From: an uncultured Chloroflexia bacterium
GTDB taxonomy: Bacteria > Chloroflexota > Dehalococcoidia > UBA2979
Direction: 5' to 3'
DNA length: 64,000 nucleotides
Assembly (NCBI GenBank): GCA_963728205.1
Contig: CAVSIV010000006.1
Span: 608,001-672,000 of the forward strand
Shown: one piece after another, positions 29,322 through 42,311 of the stretch
Position numbering within the stretch: the stretch's first letter is position 1
Layout: every line of letters begins with the position of its first letter
Position numbers and translations under genes: made by a program
Notes under the pieces: model-generated
What the model was told of the DNA's origin: nothing
The model's input: the letters and a program-made list of their open reading frames with translations, nothing else
Databases searched by the model: none

Positions 29322-30856
29322 CCGCGCCCGCCGCGGCATCCGAACGCATGCCCGCCACGGACGCGGCATCCGAACACATGCCCGCCGCGGACGCGGCATC
29401 CGAACAGATGACCGCCGCGGACGCGGCGTTCGATTACGTCGTCGTCGGGTCGGGCGCGGGCGGGGCATCGGCGGCGCGCACGCTGGCGGACGCCACCGGC
29501 AGCATCGCCGTCGTCGAGGAGGGACCGGCTGTCGCGACGGCCGACTTCGACAGCCGCGCGCTCCCGACCTTCCACCGCCTCTACCGCGGGATGGGCGCGC
29601 AGGCGACCGGCGGCCGCGCGCCCATGCTCGTGCTGCAGGGGCGCTGCCTGGGCGGCACCACCGTCGTGAACTCCGCGATCCTGCGCCGCCTCCCCGAGGA
29701 GGTGTGGGCCGAGTGGGCGCGCGACCACGGGCTCGACCGCGCGTGGTCGTTCGCGCGGGTCGACGCGGCGGCCGCGGAGGTGGAGCGCGAGCTGGGCGCG
29801 ACGCCGACGCCGGCCGCCGTGTGGGGCGGCAACAACGCGGCGCTGGCCCGCGCGGCGGCCGCGGCCGGCGCCGGGGTCGCGGGGCGGCCGACGCTGCGCA
29901 ACGTCGTGGACTGCCGCGGCAGCGGCCGCTGCAACCTGGGCTGCCCGCACGGGGCGAAGCAGAGCATGCAGGTGTCGTACCTGCCCTACGCCCGCGAGCG
30001 CGGCGCGACGCTGTTCGCGGGCGAGCGCGTGGAGCGCGTGCTGCTCGACGGCCGCCGCGCGACGGGCGTGCGTACGGCGGCCCGCACGCTGCACGCGCGG
30101 CGCGCGGTGCTCGTGGCGGCGTCGGCGACGCAGACGCCGGGTGTGCTGTGGCGCAGCGGCGTGCGGTCGCCGCACCTCGGCGCGCACTTCCAGGGACACC
30201 CGGGGATGGCGATCGTCGGGCTGTTCGACGCGCCGGTGCGGATGGCAGCGGGCGCGACCCAGGGCTTCGAGGTCGACGGCTGGCGCGCGGAGTCGCGCGT
30301 GAAGGTCGAGACGCTCGCGCTGCCGCCGGAGATGTTCGCCGGCGGGCTGCCGGGCGTCGGCCGGCGCTGGGTGTCGCTGATCGCGGAGTACGCGCGCGCC
30401 GCGGTATGGGTGCTGCCGCTGCGCTCGCGCGGCGAGGGCAGCGTGGGGCTGGGCCGGCGCGACGGCCGCATGGCGTTCCGCCTCGCCCCCGGCGACCTCG
30501 CCAACCTGCGCCGCGGCCTGCGCCACGCCGCCGAGCTGATGTTCGCGGCCGGCGCGCGCGAGCTGGTGGTGCCGGTGCACGGGCTGCCCGAGCGCATCGG
30601 CCCCGCGCAGCTCGATCTCCTCGACGCCGCGAGCGACGACCCGGCTGCCTACTCGCTCACGCTGTCGCACCTCTTCGGCACCACGCGCATGAGCGCGCGG
30701 CCGGGCGCCGGCGTGGTCGACCTCGACTTCCGCGTGCGCGGCACCGACAACCTCTACGTCGTCGACTCCTCCGTCTTCCCGACGAACCTCGGCGTGAACC
30801 CGCAGCTCGCGATCATGTCGCTGGCGCGGCTGGCGTCCGAGCGGATCGCGTCGTGA
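29318..30856 (+). CDS. GMC-family FAD oxidoreductase
   Basis: DYVVVGSGAGG, GRCLGGTTVVNS, C-x-GSGRCNLGCP, HLFGTTRM and VVDSSVFPTNLGVNPQL motifs. Confidence 0.93.
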   Translation: MTAPAAASERMPATDAASEHMPAADAASEQMTAADAAFDYVVVGSGAGGASAARTLADATGSIAVVEEGPAVATADFDSRALPTFHRLYRGMGAQATGGRAPMLVLQGRCLGGTTVVNSAILRRLPEEVWAEWARDHGLDRAWSFARVDAAAAEVERELGATPTPAAVWGGNNAALARAAAAAGAGVAGRPTLRNVVDCRGSGRCNLGCPHGAKQSMQVSYLPYARERGATLFAGERVERVLLDGRRATGVRTAARTLHARRAVLVAASATQTPGVLWRSGVRSPHLGAHFQGHPGMAIVGLFDAPVRMAAGATQGFEVDGWRAESRVKVETLALPPEMFAGGLPGVGRRWVSLIAEYARAAVWVLPLRSRGEGSVGLGRRDGRMAFRLAPGDLANLRRGLRHAAELMFAAGARELVVPVHGLPERIGPAQLDLLDAASDDPAAYSLTLSHLFGTTRMSARPGAGVVDLDFRVRGTDNLYVVDSSVFPTNLGVNPQLAIMSLARLASERIAS

Positions 30857-31434
30857 CGCTCGCGGCGATGCTCGACGGCGGGCGCGCGTCGGCGGTCGAC
30901 GTCGGCGACTACCTCGACGGCCTGGCGCCGGCCGAGCGCGTGGCGGAGTGCGTCGCGCTCGGCGCGCAGCGGCAGCGCGCGCTGTGGGAGCTCGCGTCCG
31001 CGGCGCGGCCGGCGCGGCGGGGCATGCTCGTCGGCCCGCGCGACGGCGACGTCGCGACGTTCGCCGGTCGCAACTCGCTGCCGGTGCTGTCGCGGTTCGC
31101 GAAGCGGTTCGCGCGGCAGGGCGGCGAGGTGGTGGGGATGAACGCGCACCCGCTGCGCCGGCTGATCGGTCCCGGCTACTTCACGGTCGAGGCGACGGGG
31201 GCGGATGGGCTGCTGCGGTTCGACTACCGCCGCATCCCGGCCGCGGCGCCGCCCGGCTGGCCGGCCGTCGCGCCGAACACGCGGCCGCTCGCGCGCCCGG
31301 TCTACGGCAATCTCGTCGACGCGGTGGCGTGGGTGACGGCGGATGTCCTCGTGGGGTCCGCCACGCGCGCCGGCCGGCCGATCGGCTCGTACTTCGTGAT
31401 CGCGTGCACCGCCGCCCTCAGCGGCGGCAGATAG
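30853..31434 (+). CDS. Hypothetical protein in the GMC operon
   Basis: GTG start overlapping the GMC stop, normal codon usage, FAGRNSLP...GPGYF...FDY. Confidence 0.65.
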   Translation: MTLAAMLDGGRASAVDVGDYLDGLAPAERVAECVALGAQRQRALWELASAARPARRGMLVGPRDGDVATFAGRNSLPVLSRFAKRFARQGGEVVGMNAHPLRRLIGPGYFTVEATGADGLLRFDYRRIPAAAPPGWPAVAPNTRPLARPVYGNLVDAVAWVTADVLVGSATRAGRPIGSYFVIACTAALSGGR

Positions 31435-31617
31435 GCCGCCGACGCCAGGGCGGGCCGTTGCCCGCCGAACCCGTTCGCCGGCTGCTGCCGGCGCCCCGTC
31501 GGCGGCATGTCTGCCGCCGCTGTGGCCGGCGCACGCCGACGCCAAGGCGGGCCGCTGCCCGCCTGCGCCGACGCCGCGGCCGTCCGCTGCACGCGCCGAC
31601 GCCGCGGCCGGTCGCTG

Positions 31618-33303
31618 CTACGGCGGGCCGACGCCGGTCGACCCGTCCGCCGCCGGCAGCGTCAGGCGCAGCTCCGCGCCGGGCCCGCCCTCCTCGGGTT
31701 CCACCGCCGCCAGCTCGCCGCGCAGGCTGCGCGCCAGCTCGCGGCCGACGTACAACCCGATCCCGGTTCCCCGCTGGCGGCCCGACGTGTCCGCCCGGTA
31801 GTAGGCGTCGAAGATCCGCTCGCGCTCCCCGACGGGGATGCCGTCGCCCCCGTCGCGCACGCGCACGACGACCTGCTCGCCCTCGCACCGCACCACGATG
31901 CGCACCTGCGGCGTCGCGCCCCCGTACTTCACCGCGTTGTCGACGAGGTTCGTGAGGATCTGCGTCACCGCGCCCTCGTTCGCGTCCGCGACCGCGCCGC
32001 CCTCCTGCACGTCGCAGCGGATGACCGCGTGGCGATAGCGGCGGCGCAGCACCCGGGTCAGCGCGCTCGCGAGCTGGCCGACGTCGACCGGTTCGCGCGC
32101 GAACGCCATCTGCCCCGTCTCCACGCGCGCCAGGTCCAGGAAGAGGTCGACCGCGAACTGCAGCCGCTCGGCCTCGGACTGCACCATCTCGATGCTGTCG
32201 CGCAACGCCTCGCTCACGGCGGGGTCGTGGCGGTGGACGAGCCGGCGCGCACGCTGCGCGAAGCCGACGACGCTCGTCAGCGGCGAGCGCATCTCGTGCG
32301 ACGCCACCGAGATGAAGTCGCGCATGCGCGCGTTGAGCATCTGCAGACGGTCCTCGGCACGCCGCTGCTCGGTGATATCAGACGCGAGCAGCCCGACGCC
32401 CGCGCCCTCGCCGACCGGCACGGCGTGGGCGACCACGAGCGACCGCGGCGGGTCGGCTCCCGCGGTCGCGATGCCCGTGACCTCGACGCGCACCGAGCCC
32501 TCCTCGGCGAGCGCGCGGTGGAATGCCGACTCGAGCTGCCCCCACAACGGCGGACACACGTCGGCCAGCGCCCGTCCGACCTGCGCCGCGGCGGGGTCGC
32601 CGCACATGCGTGCGAAGGCGTCGTTGAGGCGAACGAGGCGTCCCTCCGCGTCGAGCACGGCCTTCCCGGCGGGCGAGTTCGTGAACACCGCGTCGAGCAG
32701 CGCGCTCACCTCGTTCAGCGACCGCTGGTGCAGGTCGCGCTCGATGGCGTCGGCGGCCGCGCGCGCGTAGAGGTCGAGCAGCTCGAGCTCTTCGTCGCTG
32801 AACCGCCGGTGATGGAGGAAGTGCGTGGAGATCACGCCGAGCACGTCGCCGCCGCGTCCGATCATCGGCGTCGACTGCACGGCCAGCACGCCTTCCACCG
32901 CCATCACCGCGCGATGCTCCGCGAAGATGGCGTCGGTCGTCACGTCTTCCACGATCACGCGGGCTCGCCGCTGCAGCGCCACGCCGCACGCCGCCTCGTC
33001 GATGACCGACGCGAAGTGCTGCATGAACGGCGCGTCGAACCCGCGCTGCGCGACGATGCGCAGCGACCGTGTGCGTGCGTCGTAGAGCTGCACGTTCCCC
33101 TTGTCGGCGCCGAGCAAGTCGATCGCGGCGTCGAGCACGCTTGCCAGCGTCTCGTTGAGACCGCCCTCGGCGGAGACGAGGCGCTTCGTCAGGTCGTAGA
33201 GCCGGTAGAGGAGGGCCGGGCGGGGCAAATCGGTGGGGACGTCCAAGGGGCGCTCCAGGTCTTTCCCAGACGCGATGGCACGGATGGTCCCCGGCCAACG
33301 CAT
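31618..33303 (-). CDS. Sensor histidine kinase (GAF-PAS-HisKA-HATPase)
   Basis: GAF region (GNVQLYD...AVQSTPMI), H-box ASHEMRSPL, NLVDNAVKY, D-x-GDGIP and GTGIGL. Confidence 0.92.
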   Translation of the reverse strand: MRWPGTIRAIASGKDLERPLDVPTDLPRPALLYRLYDLTKRLVSAEGGLNETLASVLDAAIDLLGADKGNVQLYDARTRSLRIVAQRGFDAPFMQHFASVIDEAACGVALQRRARVIVEDVTTDAIFAEHRAVMAVEGVLAVQSTPMIGRGGDVLGVISTHFLHHRRFSDEELELLDLYARAAADAIERDLHQRSLNEVSALLDAVFTNSPAGKAVLDAEGRLVRLNDAFARMCGDPAAAQVGRALADVCPPLWGQLESAFHRALAEEGSVRVEVTGIATAGADPPRSLVVAHAVPVGEGAGVGLLASDITEQRRAEDRLQMLNARMRDFISVASHEMRSPLTSVVGFAQRARRLVHRHDPAVSEALRDSIEMVQSEAERLQFAVDLFLDLARVETGQMAFAREPVDVGQLASALTRVLRRRYRHAVIRCDVQEGGAVADANEGAVTQILTNLVDNAVKYGGATPQVRIVVRCEGEQVVVRVRDGGDGIPVGERERIFDAYYRADTSGRQRGTGIGLYVGRELARSLRGELAAVEPEEGGPGAELRLTLPAADGSTGVGPP

Positions 33304-33450
33304 GCATCCGCCAGATTACCGAATAATAAGTCTAGCGATGGCCCGCTATCCGCCAGGTGACACAACGCGCCCCGCTCACTCCCCCCGCGCGTTGCGCCCG
33401 TCCGCGATACTCCACGCCGACCCCTGCACCCCGCCGAGAGGAACGCCCCC

Positions 33451-34266
33451 GTGGAGTACCGCGACCTCGTCCTCACCCGCGACGCCGGCGTCGCGACCGT
33501 CACGCTGAACCGCCCGGAGCGGCTCAACGCGATCAGCGCGAACCTCGTGCACGAGCTGCTCGACGTCGTCGAGACCACCGCGCGCGACGACGACACGCGC
33601 GTCCTCGTGATCACCGGCAACGGGCGCGGCTTCAGCGCCGGCGCCGACCTCGCGGCGACCGCCGAGGAGCGCGACGCCGACCGCGCCCTCGACGAGCGCG
33701 ACGGCTACCGCCGCATGCTGCAGGGGCCGATCGGCCACTGGGGCGTCCTGTACTCCGCGCTCGGCCACTACCCGAAGCCGATGATCGCCGCCGTGAACGG
33801 CGTGGCCGCCGGCGCCGGGCTGTCGCTCGCGCTCGCCGCCGACATGCGCGTCGCCTCGACGCAGGCACGCTTCATCGCGGTCTTCGCGCGGCGCGGCATC
33901 GTGCCCGACACCGGCACGACCTACCACCTCACCCAGTACGTCGGCCGCGCCCGCGCCATCGAGATGATGATGACGGGCGACGAGGTCGACGCGGCGACGG
34001 CGCTGCAGTGGGGCCTCGCGAACCGCGTGGTCGAGCACGACGCGCTGATGACCGAGACGATGGCGCTCGCCCGGCGCCTCGCCGAGGGCCCGAGCGTGAT
34101 GCTCGAGATCACGAAGCGCATCGTGAACGACATCACGCGCGAGGGGCTCGACCGGCAGCTGCAGAACGAGGCGTGGGCCGGCACGCGCGTCGCGCAGTCG
34201 GAGGACGCCGGCGAGGGCCGCGCGTCGTTCCTCGAGGGCCGCGCGCCGAAGTGGAGCGGGCGGTAG
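33451..34266 (+). CDS. Enoyl-CoA hydratase/isomerase (crotonase) family protein
   Basis: TLNRPERLNA, FSAGADL, KPMIAAVNGVAAGAG and EDAGEGRASFLEGR motifs. Confidence 0.92.
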   Translation: MEYRDLVLTRDAGVATVTLNRPERLNAISANLVHELLDVVETTARDDDTRVLVITGNGRGFSAGADLAATAEERDADRALDERDGYRRMLQGPIGHWGVLYSALGHYPKPMIAAVNGVAAGAGLSLALAADMRVASTQARFIAVFARRGIVPDTGTTYHLTQYVGRARAIEMMMTGDEVDAATALQWGLANRVVEHDALMTETMALARRLAEGPSVMLEITKRIVNDITREGLDRQLQNEAWAGTRVAQSEDAGEGRASFLEGRAPKWSGR

Positions 34267-34274
34267 GGGCCCGC

Positions 34275-34620
34275 CCCGGCCCCCGCCCCGCCCCGTCAAG
34301 CGGCGGCAGCATGCCGCCGATGCCGGCCACGGCCGGCGCCGCCCCGCCCCGCCAAGCGGCGGCAGCATGCCGCCGATGCCGGCCACGGCCGGCCCCGCCC
34401 CGTCAAGCGGCGGCAGCATGCCGCCGATGCCGGCCGCGGCCGGCGCCGCCCCGCCCCGCCCCGTCAAGCGGCGGCAGCATGCCGCCGATGCCGGACGCAC
34501 CTCAGCGGCGCCGAATGGGCGCCGGCCCGGGGGCGGCACGCCGCACCCGGTACGGTCGGCGGCATGTCTGCCGCCGCTTGGGCCTCGCGGCCCATCCGCC
34601 GGCGGGGGCGTCTGCCGCTG
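34275..34620. repeat. REP-like array between convergent genes
   Basis: Four copies of CAAGCGGCGGCAGCATGCCGCCGATGCCGG, plus an inverted GTCGGCGGCATGTCTGCCGCCGCT. Confidence 0.85.
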
Positions 34621-35481
34621 CTAGGCGGACGTCTCGGGCGGCGTGTACGTCCGCCCCCGCTCCCGGTACTCCTCGACCGTCTTCGTCGCGCCGTACCGCG
34701 GCCCGACGGCCTCGAAGATCGCCTTGCCGTCGTACGGCTCGCCGGCGATGGTCGCCTCGAGCGCGACCAGCACCGCGTGCCAGCCGGGCAGCACCTGCTC
34801 CGACCAGTGCGGCAGCAGCCCCTCGTGGCTGAAGTGCAGGCGCGTGCGCTCGCCGTCGGCCTCGAGGCGGAACGTGATCACCTGCGGCGTGTCGGTCTCG
34901 TCGCGGTTCCACTCGAAGGCGAGCAGCCGCGGCGGGTCCCATGCGGTGATCGGGCCGCCGGGCGGCATCGTGCCGCCGTGCAGCAGGTAGCGCGCGCCGG
35001 GCTCGACGGTGACCGACGCGACGCCCCACCACGCCGCCGCCTCCGCCGGTTCGACGAGCGCGCGCCACACGCGCTCGATCGGCGCGTCGACGACGCGATC
35101 GAAGTCGAGGCGTACCCGGTCGCCGACGGCCGTCTTCGTGCCGAGCCGATCAGTGCGCAGATCCATCGGTCGCTCCCCCGTCTCCGGCTGCTCGACGTGC
35201 TGCTGCAGCGCGTCGAGGCGGTCGGCCCAGAACGCGCGGTAGTCGTCGAGCCACGCCTGCATGTCGCGCAGCGGCGCGGCGCGCAGGCGGTAGATCCGAC
35301 GCTGCCCCTCGCCGCGCCACGCGACCAGCCCGCACTCGCGCAGCACGCGCAGGTGCCGGGAGATCGCCGGGCGCGAGACGTCGAAGGCGCCGGCCACGTC
35401 GCCGGCCGTGCGCTCCCGGTCGCGCAGCAGCGCGAGGATCTCGCGGCGGGTGGGGTCGGCGACGGCCTCGAAGACTTCCAT
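34621..35481 (-). CDS. ArsR/SmtB HTH regulator fused to an SRPBCC (AHSA1) domain
   Basis: FEAVADPTRREILALL...SRPAISRHLRVL, then APIERVWRAL...WDPPRLLAFEW...GWHAVL. Confidence 0.9.
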   Translation of the reverse strand: MEVFEAVADPTRREILALLRDRERTAGDVAGAFDVSRPAISRHLRVLRECGLVAWRGEGQRRIYRLRAAPLRDMQAWLDDYRAFWADRLDALQQHVEQPETGERPMDLRTDRLGTKTAVGDRVRLDFDRVVDAPIERVWRALVEPAEAAAWWGVASVTVEPGARYLLHGGTMPPGGPITAWDPPRLLAFEWNRDETDTPQVITFRLEADGERTRLHFSHEGLLPHWSEQVLPGWHAVLVALEATIAGEPYDGKAIFEAVGPRYGATKTVEEYRERGRTYTPPETSA

Positions 35482-35490
35482 GGGCAATGT

Positions 35491-35522
35491 GTAACACGAC
35501 CGTTACGTAACAGACAAGTTAC
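35491..35522. promoter_or_regulatory. Two adjacent GTAAC-N6-GTTAC palindromes (probable ArsR operator)
   Basis: GTAACACGACCGTTAC GTAACAGACAAGTTAC immediately upstream of the ArsR start. Confidence 0.7.
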
Positions 35523-35707
35523 GGTATGGGCGGCCCGGCGGGCCGCACCTCAGCGGCGCCAGATAGGGCGCCGACCCTGGCGGCGGCCGACGGCCGCCAC
35601 GGCGGTCGGCGGCGTATCCGCCGCCGCTTGGGCCTGGCGGCCCATCCATCGTCGGCGGCGTGTCTGCCGCCGCTGGGCCTGGCGGCCCATTCACGGTCGA
35701 CGCCCGC

Positions 35708-38633
<2,926 letters not shown>

Positions 38634-38986
38634 CGCACACGACCCCGATCCACCGCGCGCTCGCGGGCCCGCCGCCCGGCCCGTCCGCCTCCGTGTACGC
38701 GCGGCACACTCACCCACCTCTCGCCACCCTGCGCCCGTCGCCGCCCCGGCATATGGCGGGCCCGATCGCCCGTGCGCGCCCCGTGCGCGCCCCGTCCGCG
38801 CCACTGCCGCGCCCGCCGGCTCGCGACGCGCACCGCGGACGCCTCCCGCCGCTCGCCGGTTGTACTCGCGGCTCGGCGCGCGCGTCCATCCCCGCCGCGG
38901 GCGCGGGCGGCGTGCCGCCCGTTCGGCGGTCGTGTAGCATGCCCCGACGACAAGGGCCGGGCGAACGAATCGGACCGCGCCGCCGC

Positions 38987-40306
38987 ATGCCACCCGAGCC
39001 GCACGACCTCCCGCCGGCACCCGCCTCGCGCGCGACCGCGCCGTACCCCGCGGCCGGCCTCGCCGCGCTGCTCTCGCTGCTCGCACGCCTCGGCGTCGCC
39101 ACGCTGAGCCGCGGCGACCGCGTCGCCGCCTTCGCCGCCTGGGTGCGCGGCCGCCAGGGGCGGCTGCACGCCGGCAACCTCGTCCTCGCACTCGGCCGCC
39201 GGCGCGTGCTGCTCGTCGCCGAGCCCGGCCTCTCGGCGCACGTGCTCGACGCCGCGCCGACCGCCGACGGCTACATCGAGGGGAAGCTGAAGCGCGACGC
39301 GATGGCGTTCCTCGCGCCGCGCGCGCTCACCATCAGCCACGGCGACGCCTGGTACCGCCGCCGCGCCTACAACCAGCAGGTGCTCGCCACCGGCGCCCCG
39401 CACCCGTCGCGCGACGCCTTCCTGCGCCACGTGCGCGACGCCTTCGCCATGCCGGTGCACTCAATCGACGACATCCGCGACCGCATGCGCGCGGTGATGC
39501 TGCGCGTGGTCGCCGGGCCCGGCGCGCCCGACACGCTCGGGACCGACGTCGAGGCGCTGTTCGAGGTCGTCGAGAGCCCGCTGCGCCGCCTGGCGCTGGG
39601 TCGCTTCTCCCGCCGCCGCCGCGCGCGCTTCTACGCGGCGCTGCGGCGCCGTCGCGCGGAGGCCCCGGCGGACACGCTGCTGGGCCGCGCGCGCGAGACC
39701 ACCGCCGGGGAGCTCGAGCCCGACGAGGCGCTCGAGCAGGCGCCGCACTGGATGTTCACGTTCACGGGCTCGGCGACCGACCTGCTCACGCGCACGCTCG
39801 CGCTGCTCGGCTCGCGACCCGACGCCCGCCGCCGCGCCGTCGAGGAGATCCGCGCGGCCGGGCCGCTCGACGACCCCGCCAGCATCGACCGGCTGCGCTA
39901 CCTCGAGGCCTGCGTCCTGGAGGCCGGCCGCCTCTTCCCGCCGGTCGCGCGCACGTTCCACGTCGCGCCGCGCGGCGACGCCTTCGACGGCCACGCCATC
40001 GCGCCCGGCGTCGAGGTCGCGCACTACTTCCCGCTGCTCACGCGCGACGCCGCGCGCGATCCGCGCGCGCACGCGTTCGACCCGGACCGCTGGCTCGCCG
40101 GAGCGCCGCCCGTGCCGCGCGCGGAGGCCGGCCTCTTCCTCAGCGGACCGCGGGCGTGCCCCGGGCGCGACCTCATCCTCTTCGTGATCGAGGCCGCGCT
40201 GGCATCGCTGCTCGCCTTCGACGACCAGCACGCCTACGCCGCGCCGCTCGCCGCCGACCCCGTCCCGCTGACCTTCCCGGCCGGCGCGCTCGCCTTCGCG
40301 CCCTGA
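38987..40306 (+). CDS. Cytochrome P450 (atypical I-helix)
   Basis: ExxR (LEAGRLFPP), FDPDRW and heme-Cys FLSGPRACPG motifs. The start could be 38939. Confidence 0.88.
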   Translation: MPPEPHDLPPAPASRATAPYPAAGLAALLSLLARLGVATLSRGDRVAAFAAWVRGRQGRLHAGNLVLALGRRRVLLVAEPGLSAHVLDAAPTADGYIEGKLKRDAMAFLAPRALTISHGDAWYRRRAYNQQVLATGAPHPSRDAFLRHVRDAFAMPVHSIDDIRDRMRAVMLRVVAGPGAPDTLGTDVEALFEVVESPLRRLALGRFSRRRRARFYAALRRRRAEAPADTLLGRARETTAGELEPDEALEQAPHWMFTFTGSATDLLTRTLALLGSRPDARRRAVEEIRAAGPLDDPASIDRLRYLEACVLEAGRLFPPVARTFHVAPRGDAFDGHAIAPGVEVAHYFPLLTRDAARDPRAHAFDPDRWLAGAPPVPRAEAGLFLSGPRACPGRDLILFVIEAALASLLAFDDQHAYAAPLAADPVPLTFPAGALAFAP

Positions 40307-40357
40307 GCGCCCCCGGCCGTCTCTCGCGAGCACGCGATCTCGACGATTGGAGCCCCG

Positions 40358-40807
40358 ATGACCGAGCCCACGACGCGCACCACGAAGGCGGACCTGCTGC
40401 GCATGACGCAGCGCGCGCTCGACGCGCTCTACCGCGAGACCCCGGCGCCCGGCGCGGTGCCGACGGGCGATACGCGCGGCACGGTCGTCGTCTGTCCGTC
40501 CACGTGGCTGGCCGGCCCCCTGCGCGCGATCTCGCGCCGGCTCGCGTGGCAGGGCAAGGTCTTCAACCCGGCGACCGGGATGCTCGTGAACAAGATCACG
40601 CCGCTCCGCCTCCGCCGGATCCGCGCGAAGGTCTACATCGGCGAGTCATGGCTGGACGGCGCGCCCGCCACGATCATCGACTACTCGCGCACCTCGATCG
40701 TCGCGCGGATGGTCCGCGACGAGGTGCGCGAGGTCGCGCCGCACCTCTGGCTCGGCAAGGTCTTCCTCTGGCGCTGGCACGCGGTCGACTTCCTGCTGGA
40801 GGATTGA
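40358..40807 (+). CDS. Hypothetical protein (beta-rich)
   Basis: GGAG RBS; WQGKVF...SWLDG...IIDYS...RDEVREVAP...LG...FLL. Confidence 0.75.
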   Translation: MTEPTTRTTKADLLRMTQRALDALYRETPAPGAVPTGDTRGTVVVCPSTWLAGPLRAISRRLAWQGKVFNPATGMLVNKITPLRLRRIRAKVYIGESWLDGAPATIIDYSRTSIVARMVRDEVREVAPHLWLGKVFLWRWHAVDFLLED

Positions 40808-40998
40808 GGCGGGCAAGGCGGGGGCGGGGGGCGAGGCGGGGACGAGGCGGGGGCGAGGCGGGGGCGAGGCGATCCCGTCGCTGCCGCTCCGGGCTCGAAG
40901 CCGGCTCCCACGCCCGGAGCCGGCGGCCGAGCCCGGAGCCGCCCGTCGAGCCCGGAGCGGCAGCGACGGGATTACCCGAGAAAGGCACGACGCACCGC

Positions 40999-42311
40999 AT
41001 GCCGTACCAGCAAGCCGTGACGCTGCGCATGCCGGTCCGCGCGGACCGGCTGGACGCGCTGCGCACCGAGCTCGCCGTGCTGGCCGCCGACCCCGCCGGC
41101 AACGACCGCCTGCCGATCGGCCGGCTGCGCGGCGTCCACTTCGCGCGCTTCGCCGTCATCCCCGGCGCCACCCCGCCCGGCGGCGGCGAGCCGATCGGCG
41201 ACACGCTGATGTGGGCCGCGAGCGTCGACGGCTCGCGCGACGCGCACCTCGCGGACGTCGCGCGCGTCGGCGCGGAGGGGCTCGACCGCGTGCTCGCGCA
41301 CTGCGCCGGCTACCCCGCGCCCGCCGACCGCGACGCGCGCTCGCGCCACGCCTACCTGCGCCGCCACGCGATCCCGACGCAGGCGTTCTACGCGAACTGG
41401 GTCGGGCGCACGGTCGAGCAGGTGCGCGACGAGGCGCGGCTGCGCGAGCGGCTGGAGACGCATGTCGACGAGCAGCGGCGCTGCGGCGCGTGGCACGGGC
41501 GCGGCCCGGCGGCGGTGCACGCCGCGATCCGCGCGCACGTGGCGTCGCAGCCGGCGCTGGCATGGGCGCTGCGACCGGCGTCGCGACCGCCGCTGCTGCG
41601 GCGGGCCGCGCGGCGCGCGCGGTTCCTCGGGCTCGTCGCGCTCGGCGTCGTCGCGTCGCCCGTGCTCGTGCCGGCCGGGCTCGCCGGGCTGCTCGTGATC
41701 CGCTTCAAGGAGTGGCAGGACGCGCGCCACCAGGTCGTCGACCGCCGACTCGTCTGCGCGCCGCGCTCGCCGCGGTCGAGGACCGCGCGGCGCAGAACCA
41801 GTTCACTGCCGTCGGGTTCGTGAAGCCCGGCGTCGTGCGCGCCACCGCCGCGAAGATCGTGCTCTGGCTCACCGGCGAGATCGCCGCCGGCGTCTACACG
41901 CACGGCGACCTGGGCACCGTGCAGCCGCTCGGACTGCACGGCGTCGACACGATCCACTTCGCGCGCTGGGTGAGCATCGACCGGGGCCGGCGCGTCGTGT
42001 TCATGAGCAACTACGACGGGTCGTTCGAGGCCTACATGGACGACTTCATCAACAAGGTCGCCTGGGGCCTCAACGGCGTGTTCAGCCACGGCGTCAACTA
42101 CCCGCCGACGCGCTTCATGGTCTTCGGCGGCGCGCGCGACGAGCAGGCGTTCAAGGCGTTCCTGCGCCACCGCCAGGTGCTCACCGACGTCTGGTACTCG
42201 GCGTACCCGGAGCTGACGGCGGCCAACATCGCGAACAACGCCGCGATCCGCGCGGGGCTTGCGCGCGACCTGGACGACGAGGAGGCGGCGCGATGGCTCC
42301 AGCGCCTGTGA
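40999..42311 (+). CDS. Hypothetical protein with a duplicated HFAR domain (frameshift near 41745)
   Basis: GVHFARFAVI...SVDG, a hydrophobic segment, then QNQFT...TIHFARW...SNYDGSFEAYMDDF...WYSAYP. Its stop overlaps the DyP GTG. Confidence 0.72.

Noticed and set aside
34275-34500. Possible CRISPR array of palindromic repeats
   Set aside because: The intervening sequences are related low-complexity GC tracts, and the repeat is a variant of the dispersed REP-like motif.
40808-40870. G-rich 12-bp repeats that could form a G-quadruplex
   Set aside because: Such tracts are expected at this GC content and nothing indicates function.
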